32,000 nt of DNA, from contig CP023991.1 in NCBI GenBank assembly GCA_003516025.1, positions 90,001 to 122,000 of the forward strand, given 5' to 3'. Source of the DNA: Candidatus Saccharimonadota bacterium (GTDB lineage Bacteria; Patescibacteriota; Saccharimonadia; Saccharimonadales; UBA4665). Under the pieces are notes generated by a model. That model was not told the DNA's origin. It worked only from the letters and a program-made list of their open reading frames with translations, and made no database searches. Positions 24,915-32,000 of this stretch are shown here, in pieces. Both the position numbers and the translations under genes were made by a program. Every line of letters starts with the position of its first letter. The first letter of the stretch is position 1.

Positions 24915-25571
24915 ATGAACCTGCATCGTATCGAGGGCGAACCGGAATGGTCTGGAGTTAAACCAAAAGACCGCAATAGCTGGCAAAAATTGGCGGCCGC
25001 AACCAAGGGTTTCGTAACACCAGGTAACTTTTTTAGCGTTCTTGGCTTATTAAGCGTGCCGATTGGCCTGTGGCTCATTATTGATGGCAAGCACTACCTT
25101 GCGGGGGCTATAGTTTTGGCAGCGGGGCGGCTATGTGATCTGCTCGATGGCTGGGCGGCCGACAAGACCGGCACAAAGAGTCCATTGGGTGAAAAAATTG
25201 ATGCTTCCTTCGACAAAATTAGTACCGGGCTCGTGCTCCTGGGTTTATGGCTTGGCACGGACTTTCCATTACTATTCGTAGTCCTACTATTAGTGCCCCA
25301 CCTGTTGATTACGCCGCTGGCACTGGCGGCATACCGGCACGGTAAGAGTTTTCACCCATCCTTGCCCGGTAAGTTGAGTATGGCGCTTATCTGGCTCTCG
25401 ATTATTGTCAGCCTGGTCGCCGCGGAGTTGGCAGAACGATCGGAGTCGATGTCGACGGATACCCGTTACATCATCGTGCCGGCCGTAATAGTAGTGGCGT
25501 CATTTATCCTGAGTACGATAGCGTTAGCCGGCTATGTCCGCCAATACTGGCAAACATCGTATGGGCGCTAA
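24915..25571 (+). CDS. CDP-alcohol phosphatidyltransferase family protein
   Basis: DLLDGWAADKTGTKSPLGEKIDASFDK matches D-x2-DG-x2-AR...G-x3-D-x3-D. Multi-TM. TGATATAGT extended -10 at 24900-24908 lies 6 nt before ATG 24915. Confidence 0.85.
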   Translation: MNLHRIEGEPEWSGVKPKDRNSWQKLAAATKGFVTPGNFFSVLGLLSVPIGLWLIIDGKHYLAGAIVLAAGRLCDLLDGWAADKTGTKSPLGEKIDASFDKISTGLVLLGLWLGTDFPLLFVVLLLVPHLLITPLALAAYRHGKSFHPSLPGKLSMALIWLSIIVSLVAAELAERSESMSTDTRYIIVPAVIVVASFILSTIALAGYVRQYWQTSYGR

Positions 25572-26131
25572 ACGGGCTGTTCTTTGAGGCCAAGTTTCCA
25601 ACCGACGTAGGTGGAGGCGAAGTGCATGGCAAACCAGATAATGAATAGCAGCACGTATTGGCGCAAACTTAAGACTACGAAGGGCAGGCTGACCAGCACG
25701 GCTCCCACGATATAGTCCAGCTGGTCAAAAGGAACCCATGCGCCGCCATCGCGCGTGCCTCGCCGGCGTTTAAAGAAACTTTCCAGGGCATCGCCACCCA
25801 GCGCGCCGAGCCCGAATAAAGGTCCTAGCAGTAAAACGGGAAACTGACCGTAGTCAACGCCAGCCGTTACGTTTCCACTCCAACTTACATGAGCGGCAAA
25901 CAACTGCTGCAGCCATAAGACGAGCGTGGCGAAAATTATGCCGCTTATAAGGCCACGCCAGGTTTTGTGTGAGCCGAGTAATGGCCGGCCGTGAAACTGT
26001 TTCCCGAAGTCAAGGCGAGCATTCCACTTATCAATAATTGGAAACCGAGAGGTCAAAATTGGTGCGCCATTAGCCACTGCCGCGGGTAGCATAAACCAAA
26101 AGGCCAGCAGGATGTCGTCGACAAGTTCCAT
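25568..26131 (-). CDS. CarS-like (CDP-archaeol synthase / DUF46 family) integral membrane cytidylyltransferase
   Basis: LPAAVANGAPIL ... LDFGKQFHGRPLLGSHKTWRGLISG ... GDALESFFKRRRG ... PFDQLDY closely follows the CarS family pattern. TGTTACAAT extended -10 lies 6 nt before the ATG. Confidence 0.75.
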   Translation of the reverse strand: MELVDDILLAFWFMLPAAVANGAPILTSRFPIIDKWNARLDFGKQFHGRPLLGSHKTWRGLISGIIFATLVLWLQQLFAAHVSWSGNVTAGVDYGQFPVLLLGPLFGLGALGGDALESFFKRRRGTRDGGAWVPFDQLDYIVGAVLVSLPFVVLSLRQYVLLFIIWFAMHFASTYVGWKLGLKEQPV

Positions 26132-26214
26132 GCAGCTATTGTAACAATAATCAGATGGTTAAGTTTGTGAATAGTTTCACATGCTTTCGATCTTTCATAC
26201 GCTATAGTTTTTGT

Positions 26215-27627
26215 ATGAGAACTGCCATCGTCTGGTTTAGAAATGACTTACGCGTACACGACCATCCCGCGTTAATGGCCGCGATCGCCGCCGCAGACCG
26301 AATCGTGCCGCTGTTTATATTTAACCAAGCCCTATTAACCGGCAAACATGCCTCTGCTAACCGCAACCGTTTTTTAGTGGAGTGTTTGCAGGATTTACAG
26401 TCGTCTTTGCAAAAGATTGGCGGTGATTTGCTTATCCGTAGCGGCGAGCCAAAAGAAGTGTTAAGCAAACTCATCGAGGAAACCGGCGCCAGCGAACTGC
26501 ACTACAGCATTGATTACACGCCGTACGCCCGGAAGCGTGATCGGGAAGTGGCCCGTGCCGTGGAAAACGACGGGCTGGAAATAGTGGCACATCCTGGGCG
26601 CCTGATTGCCGACAGCTTCGAAGGTGTATTAACTGGTGGCGGCAAAGTTTATAAAGTGTTTACGCCGTTTTGGCGTACCTGGGCGAAATTGAAGCGGCGG
26701 CAAGTATTGCCCGCTCCAGCGAAATTAACTGTTCCTCAAAACATGCCCGGCGACTCATTGGAGATTGTCACCGAACATATATCTCAAGCCGACTTATCCC
26801 CGAATGTGCTCAAAGGTGGGGAAACCGCCGGTCGGGAACGCTTGGAGCAGTTTATGAAAACCGGCATCAATAATTACGCGCAGATGCACGACAGTCTGAC
26901 GCCTGATGGCACGTCGCGGCTTAGTCCATACCTGCATTTTGGCTGTGTGTCGCCGCGCGAAATCGAAGACATGTTACGGACAATGACCGGAGACAGCGCT
27001 GCGCGCTTTCACCGCCAGCTGGCCTGGCGTGATTTTTATAATTATGTACTGCTGCATTATCCCGACAACGCTACTCAAGAATTCCAGGAACGTTTCCGTG
27101 GCATGGAGTGGAGTTATGACGAGACTGCCCTCAAGGCCTGGCAGCGGGGCAAGACCGGGTACCCCATTATCGACGCGGCTATGCGCCAGCTGAACGCTGA
27201 GGGTTGGATGCACAACCGCGCCCGCCTGATCGTCGGTTCGTTTTTAACCAAAGACTTGTTGCTGGATTGGCGGCTTGGTGAAACGCACTTTATGCGCATG
27301 TTGCTGGATGGGGACGAGGCCAACAATAATGGTAACTGGCAGTGGATCGCCAGCGTGGGCGTTGATCCGGCACCGGTTTTTCGCCGTTTATATAACCCTA
27401 TGACACAGCAAAAGCGCTATGACGAAGATGGCAGTTACGTCCGCTATTACGTTCCTGAACTTTCAAAAGTCCCCGACAAATACCTGGCTGAACCGTGGAC
27501 TATGCCGCCCGACGTGCAGCAGGAAGTCGGCTGTGTAATCGGTAAGGACTACCCGGAGCCAATAGTGGACCATGCGGCGGCCCGGATTGATACACTTGAG
27601 CGTTTCCGAGTAGCCGGTAGGCCATAA
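26215..27627 (+). CDS. phr: Deoxyribodipyrimidine photolyase (cryptochrome/photolyase family)
   Basis: IVWFRNDLRVHDHPAL, WRDFY, TGYPIIDAAMRQL..GWMHNRARL and DGDEANNNGNWQW motifs. Start at MRTAIVWF, with TATAGT 26203-26208 6 nt upstream. Confidence 0.92.
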   Translation: MRTAIVWFRNDLRVHDHPALMAAIAAADRIVPLFIFNQALLTGKHASANRNRFLVECLQDLQSSLQKIGGDLLIRSGEPKEVLSKLIEETGASELHYSIDYTPYARKRDREVARAVENDGLEIVAHPGRLIADSFEGVLTGGGKVYKVFTPFWRTWAKLKRRQVLPAPAKLTVPQNMPGDSLEIVTEHISQADLSPNVLKGGETAGRERLEQFMKTGINNYAQMHDSLTPDGTSRLSPYLHFGCVSPREIEDMLRTMTGDSAARFHRQLAWRDFYNYVLLHYPDNATQEFQERFRGMEWSYDETALKAWQRGKTGYPIIDAAMRQLNAEGWMHNRARLIVGSFLTKDLLLDWRLGETHFMRMLLDGDEANNNGNWQWIASVGVDPAPVFRRLYNPMTQQKRYDEDGSYVRYYVPELSKVPDKYLAEPWTMPPDVQQEVGCVIGKDYPEPIVDHAAARIDTLERFRVAGRP

Positions 27628-27630
27628 ACC

Positions 27631-27659
27631 TTGAGCTTACTCGCTATGGCGGTTATAAT
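27631..27659 (+). promoter_or_regulatory. Sigma-70-type promoter TTGAGC-17 nt-TATAAT for the fibre/hydrolase pair
   Basis: TTGAGC 27631-27636, 17-nt spacer, TATAAT 27654-27659. A leader of about 22 nt contains a GAAAGG SD before ATG 27689. Confidence 0.65.
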
Positions 27660-27688
27660 TACACTAAACAAGAAAGGTAGTAATTTAT

Positions 27689-29830
27689 ATGGTAACTCGT
27701 CTCCCACGGCCTGGCAGTGATGATGGTCAGTGGGGGGCTATCCTCAATGACTTCCTTGCCGTCGAACATAATACCGACGGTTCCCTCAAGCGCGCCGTCG
27801 TCATTACGAGTGCTTACCAAAAACCTCAAAATGGTATCCCCGTATCCGACCTTGACGCCACCGTCCAGGCCTCCCTGGCCAATGCGGATACCGCTGCCAG
27901 CGGTACTGCCCCAGATGCCAGCACGACTACCAAAGGCATTCTCCGCCTGTCTGGCGACCTGACCGGCAGTGCTTTGAATCCGCTCATCGCGCCCGGAGCC
28001 GTCACGGGCGGCGGGGGCGGCAGCATTGCTACCGGCACCATCACCGGTGACAACATCCACGCGACGGCAAACATCGCCAAAAGCAAGCTGGCTCCGCTGG
28101 CTATTTCCGATAGTGACGTCGCTTCCGGTGCCGCCATTGCCCAGAGTAAGGTGAACGGCCTTACGACTGACTTGGCCGGCAAAGCCAGCGTCACGCATAC
28201 CCACCCCATCTCCGCTGTGACGAACTTACAGTCCACGCTGGACGGCAAGGCTGACGTCGCGGCGACAACCAGTGCTTTGGCCGCCAAGGCCAGCAGCACC
28301 GACCTCAATACCAAGGCCAGCACCACCGACCTGACCACCGGTTTGGCCGGTAAAGCGAACACCAGCCACACCCACTCCATTGCTGATACTACTGGATTGC
28401 AAGTCGCGCTGAATAGTAAGGCTGCTACCACCCACGTCCATACCACCGACAACATTACCGACTTTGACCAGTCGGTCAGTGACACCATTGGCAACAAGCT
28501 GATCGCTGGTAGTAACGTCGGTATTACCTACGATGCCGTTAGCGGTGAAACCACGATCTCGGCCACCACTACGAGCGGTGACAACGAGGGCAGTACGACC
28601 GTCACCACCGTTGCCGGGCGCACTGGTGACGTTGTCTTGACCGCTGGTGATATCACGGCCGGCACGCTCGCCACGGCCCGCATCCCCAATCTTGACGCAG
28701 CCAAACTGACGAGTGGTACACTCGCTCTCGACCGCTTTCCAACCGGTACCACAAGCTCCACGGTGGCCCTGGGCAGCCACACCCATGTCGTCTCTGACGT
28801 CAGCAACCTTCAGGCCAGCCTCGACGTTAAAGCTAGCACCACCGACCTGACCACCGGTTTGGCCGGTAAAGCGAACACCAGCCACACCCACGCTGCTGCC
28901 GACCTCACCAGCGGCACCCTGGACGCAGCCCGCATCCCCAACCTCAGCGCCACCAGGATCACCAGCGATACCCTTAATATTGCCCGCATCCCCATAGGTA
29001 CGAGCGGAACTACTGTAGCTCTCGGTAGTCACCTCCACAGTGAATACGCTGCCTTAGTGCATACCCACGACGACCGCTACTACACTGAAACGGAAAGTAA
29101 CGCCGCACTAGCGCTCAAACTTGACGCCAACCAGAAGGGTGTCGCCAACGGCGTTGCCACCCTCGGTGCCGACAGCAAGATCCCCGCCTCACAGCTTCCG
29201 GCTATTGCTATTAACGACACTTTTACAGCTGCTTCGCAGGCGGCCATGCTGGCTCTCACCGCGCAGCGCGGTGATGTGGCCATCCGGACGGATACCGACA
29301 AGACATATATCTTAGCCTCCGACAGTCCAACTACTCTGGCCGACTGGAAGGAGCTGGTCGCGAGCGGCCAGGTCACCAGCGTGGCGGGTAAGACCGGTAC
29401 TGTTTCGCTCGCTAAAGGCGATGTGGGGCTCGGCAATGTTGACAATACGAGCGATGGGGATAAGCCGGTATCCACGGCTACTCAGACTGCGCTGAATAGC
29501 AAAGCTGACAGTGCTGATCTCGCGAATAAAGTAGATTTATCCACGCACGCGCAGGACATCGCAAATGCGAAAGCAAGGGCCAATCACACCGGTACCCAAG
29601 CTGCCTCGACCATTACCGGACTAGCCACGGTGGCTACCACTGGCACTTATGCCGACCTGACGGGCAAACCGAGTATTCCTAGCACCGCCGATTTTGAAGG
29701 CCTTAAAATTCATGACGGTACCGCTGGCGGTGGTGCGAGGCCGGCCGGCTATGCCCGCATCCGGTGGATCGGCGGCACCTCGCGGCCTACGAACATGGTT
29801 GTTGGTGATATCTGGGAACATGACGCCTGA
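27689..29830 (+). CDS. Phage-tail-fibre-like repeat protein (HxH repeat fibre)
   Basis: Seven HxH motifs in LxGKA..(S/T)HTH..L repeats, SGTL..ARIPNL repeats, and VAGKTGTVSLAKGDVGLGNVDNTSDGDKPVS and NHTGTQ motifs. 713 aa, no signal peptide. Confidence 0.75.
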   Translation: MVTRLPRPGSDDGQWGAILNDFLAVEHNTDGSLKRAVVITSAYQKPQNGIPVSDLDATVQASLANADTAASGTAPDASTTTKGILRLSGDLTGSALNPLIAPGAVTGGGGGSIATGTITGDNIHATANIAKSKLAPLAISDSDVASGAAIAQSKVNGLTTDLAGKASVTHTHPISAVTNLQSTLDGKADVAATTSALAAKASSTDLNTKASTTDLTTGLAGKANTSHTHSIADTTGLQVALNSKAATTHVHTTDNITDFDQSVSDTIGNKLIAGSNVGITYDAVSGETTISATTTSGDNEGSTTVTTVAGRTGDVVLTAGDITAGTLATARIPNLDAAKLTSGTLALDRFPTGTTSSTVALGSHTHVVSDVSNLQASLDVKASTTDLTTGLAGKANTSHTHAAADLTSGTLDAARIPNLSATRITSDTLNIARIPIGTSGTTVALGSHLHSEYAALVHTHDDRYYTETESNAALALKLDANQKGVANGVATLGADSKIPASQLPAIAINDTFTAASQAAMLALTAQRGDVAIRTDTDKTYILASDSPTTLADWKELVASGQVTSVAGKTGTVSLAKGDVGLGNVDNTSDGDKPVSTATQTALNSKADSADLANKVDLSTHAQDIANAKARANHTGTQAASTITGLATVATTGTYADLTGKPSIPSTADFEGLKIHDGTAGGGARPAGYARIRWIGGTSRPTNMVVGDIWEHDA
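28319..28375 (+). repeat. 57-bp perfect direct repeat, copy 1 (encodes STTDLTTGLAGKANTSHTH)
   Basis: Identical to 28835-28891, in frame within the fibre gene. Confidence 0.95.
28835..28891 (+). repeat. 57-bp perfect direct repeat, copy 2
   Basis: Identical to 28319-28375. The offset is 516 bp (172 codons). Confidence 0.95.
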
Positions 29831-31818
29831 TGGCCACGCTAGTTTCCACATCGTTTACTGGAACCGATGGAACCGCTTGGCCCTCCCCTTGGTCGCAGGT
29901 GTCTGCCAGCTCTAGTATCCGGTCCAACCGTGGCCAGCAGTCTACCCCCGGTACGGGCACTTGGTTGGCAGTGGAAAACCGTGCCAACCAGACGATTACC
30001 GATGCCTCGATAATCGCTACTGCCTACTTTTCTAGTGTAACCAACGTCTCCCAGCGGATTAATCTGCGGTGGAACCCAAACACTGGCAACGGTTACCGGC
30101 TGACGCTGACTCCGAGTTATAATGGTATCCAGTTGATGAAGGTCACCGCATATAATGAGACCGTTTTACAGGAACGATTCGACGTTATCTGGACCGCCAC
30201 CACGGATTATAAGATTCGGATTGAGGCCGAAGGGTCCACGATCCGTGCTCGTCGGTGGCTGGCAAGCGCTACCGAACCAGCCACATGGGATGTAAGCGCC
30301 ACCGACGCTACCTACGACAGCGGTGATGTGTCGCTGGTAACTGTTAATATGGATACCGCCGCCATCGCTACCGGTAACTGGGATGACGTTACTGTTACTA
30401 CGATCACGTCTGTTCCGGCGCTTGCCGCAATTACTAATCCAGAGCGCGGATTTTTTTACTACACCGAAACCCACGAGCTTGCGGATGACAGCGGCCGCAG
30501 CCCGCTCACAGAAGCGACGTTGACCACCGAACGCACCAGTAACGGGCGTACTCTGGTTTTTCGCTATTACGTTCTTGAGAAATACTTAGCAAGCAATACC
30601 ATAGATCAGTCGTTCCTCAACTTTGTTGCTGCCGACCTGGCCGCCTGCCGCGCTGCCGGCGTGAAGATGATTTTGCGTTTTACTTACTCTACCTCTGGCA
30701 ATATGACCCCGCCGTATAATGTAGACCCCCCTGTGGCGCGTGTAATTGGACATATCCAACAGCTTGCTCCTACGCTTAACGCCTATGCCGATATCATTGA
30801 CGCTCTCCAAGCGGGTTTTATCGGCATGTGGGGTGAGTGGTATTACACAGACAACTTTGGCGATCTTGGCGTCGTTACTATACAGCAATGGTCTGACCGT
30901 AAGGCCGTTGTAGATACTCTGCTTAACGAGCTAGATTCGCGTATCTTTGTACTTATACGCTACATCGGTGCCACTCGGCGTCTTATTGACGCCGAACCGT
31001 CGAATACAGCCTATGCCACTCGCCTTGGACACCATAACGACGCGTTCCTGGCCGACGCGCAAGACTGGGGTACTTACGAAACCTTTTCGAACGGGTATAC
31101 GGCGGCACAGAACCGGACCTGGCTGATGTCCCGGAACACCATTGGTCACTATCCACAGGGTGGGGAGTCGGCTAATTTGAACCCGCCCCGCTCGGATTAC
31201 AGCACTGCAGCAACGGAAATGTCTGATTATCGGTGGACTTTTCTTAATCCGATCTATCATCCGGACGTCCTGTCTTCCTGGGGTTCAACTGGTCAAGGCG
31301 ATGCCTCCGCTCGACTCGGCTACCGGCCCGCGCTGGTTTCGGCCACCGTTAGTACTACTAGCACGGCGGCTGGCGCGAACGTGTCCGTTTCCGTGCAGAT
31401 CCGCAACGATGGGTGGGCCGCTCCTTACCGGCCCCGCCCTTGGCAAGTCATGTTCGTTAACGGGTCAAATGTCATTATCCGGAGTCTGCCTGGCGACTTC
31501 CGTGACTTAACACCGGGCGGTACGACCACAATCACGGGGATAGTCGCGGCACCAACCAACGCGGGCGTCTATAGCGTACACCTTGCCATACCTGATGCGA
31601 CACCGTCATTGCAGAGCAACCCCGTCTTCTCGGTACGCCTTGCCGACACAACCTGGGACGCTGCCACGGGCCGCAACAGCCTCAATGCTAACCTTACGGT
31701 TGCTGGTACCGTCACACCAACACGCGTCGTTGATCGCTGGAGCGGCACTGCTCTGGTAAGGGTTCGTACCGATCGTTGGGACGGAGTAGATATTACTGAG
31801 ACTAACATTACGTCCTGA
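29830..31818 (+). CDS. DUF4874/DUF4832-type glycoside-hydrolase-like protein with N-terminal jelly-roll-like domain and C-terminal Ig-like domain
   Basis: NPERGFFYYTE (DUF4874-like) and LQAGFIGMWGEWYYTD (DUF4832-like) motifs. Its ATG overlaps the TGA of the fibre gene (cTGATGg). Confidence 0.7.
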   Translation: MATLVSTSFTGTDGTAWPSPWSQVSASSSIRSNRGQQSTPGTGTWLAVENRANQTITDASIIATAYFSSVTNVSQRINLRWNPNTGNGYRLTLTPSYNGIQLMKVTAYNETVLQERFDVIWTATTDYKIRIEAEGSTIRARRWLASATEPATWDVSATDATYDSGDVSLVTVNMDTAAIATGNWDDVTVTTITSVPALAAITNPERGFFYYTETHELADDSGRSPLTEATLTTERTSNGRTLVFRYYVLEKYLASNTIDQSFLNFVAADLAACRAAGVKMILRFTYSTSGNMTPPYNVDPPVARVIGHIQQLAPTLNAYADIIDALQAGFIGMWGEWYYTDNFGDLGVVTIQQWSDRKAVVDTLLNELDSRIFVLIRYIGATRRLIDAEPSNTAYATRLGHHNDAFLADAQDWGTYETFSNGYTAAQNRTWLMSRNTIGHYPQGGESANLNPPRSDYSTAATEMSDYRWTFLNPIYHPDVLSSWGSTGQGDASARLGYRPALVSATVSTTSTAAGANVSVSVQIRNDGWAAPYRPRPWQVMFVNGSNVIIRSLPGDFRDLTPGGTTTITGIVAAPTNAGVYSVHLAIPDATPSLQSNPVFSVRLADTTWDAATGRNSLNANLTVAGTVTPTRVVDRWSGTALVRVRTDRWDGVDITETNITS

Positions 31819-32000
31819 TTGGCATGGCTTGCCGCCCACAACTTAGTCCAGTCCTCCTAGTTGTCCAATGCGACTAGCAGGGGCCGCTCTAGATAATGTA
31901 AAACCTTAGGGATTATATGCCGAACTGTGCTAACTGCACTGGCGTTAGAGGTTGAATCCGCAGTTTATGCAGCTTGGTTTCCATAAATGATTGCAAGATT

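Noticed and set aside
28319-28891. The 57-bp repeat pair as a CRISPR array or a DGR template/variable repeat pair
   Set aside because: There are only two copies, both in frame inside one gene. They are identical rather than differing at adenines. No cas genes and no reverse transcriptase are present in the window.
27826-29475. Several long minus-strand ORFs (223, 270, 131 aa and others) inside the fibre gene
   Set aside because: These are shadow frames of a GC-rich, repetitive, Thr/Ala/Gly-rich gene. The plus-strand frame is continuous for 713 aa, with recognisable fibre motifs, a promoter and an SD.
27689-31818. Calling the region a prophage
   Set aside because: Only a fibre-like gene and a hydrolase-like gene are present. 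No integrase, terminase, portal, capsid, tape-measure or lysis gene and no att-like repeats are seen within the window. The sequence to the right of 32000 is unknown, so this is left open in the findings.

Overview
This is a densely packed bacterial chromosomal window read with the standard code, holding about 40 protein genes and 2 tRNA genes. G+C looks close to 50% by eye, with one AT-richer patch and two GC-richer patches. No rRNA, CRISPR array, transposase or integrase was seen.

Gene order, left to right:
- A truncated beta-propeller protein, then a Cys-free MutY-like glycosylase, TsaC, a MazG-like protein and MurC (minus strand).
- Two membrane or low-complexity hypotheticals and a small basic protein.
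- ABC-2 exporter 1, then a GC-rich unknown ORF coupled to a tRNA-dihydrouridine synthase, then ABC-2 exporter 2.
- DedA, followed by a formaldehyde-dehydrogenase-like Zn-ADH and a non-haem haloperoxidase-type hydrolase.
- A small CECSDENC protein (copy A), tRNA-Met(CAT, minus), an FtsB/DivIC-like protein and the initiator tRNA-fMet.
- An AT-rich type II restriction-modification pair, then CECSDENC copy B, a possible DUF218-like protein and a PRC-barrel/YsnF protein.
- A MarR-led operon with two unknown proteins, divergent from an exported helical protein.
- An ArsR + SRPBCC pair, Kup, then a CDP-alcohol phosphatidyltransferase convergent with a CarS-like (archaeal-type CDP-lipid synthase family) gene, then photolyase.
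- A GC-rich, promoter-equipped pair: a phage-tail-fibre-like HxH-repeat protein translationally coupled to a DUF4874/DUF4832 glycoside-hydrolase-like protein, with no other phage genes in view.

A cross-cutting signal is that about 13 transcription-unit-leading genes have a -10 box only 6-9 nt upstream of the ATG and no Shine-Dalgarno, which points to leaderless mRNAs.

The gene content would fit a reduced-genome Patescibacteria/CPR (Saccharibacteria-like) organism. That is inference only. All family calls come from motif recognition by eye, not from database searches.
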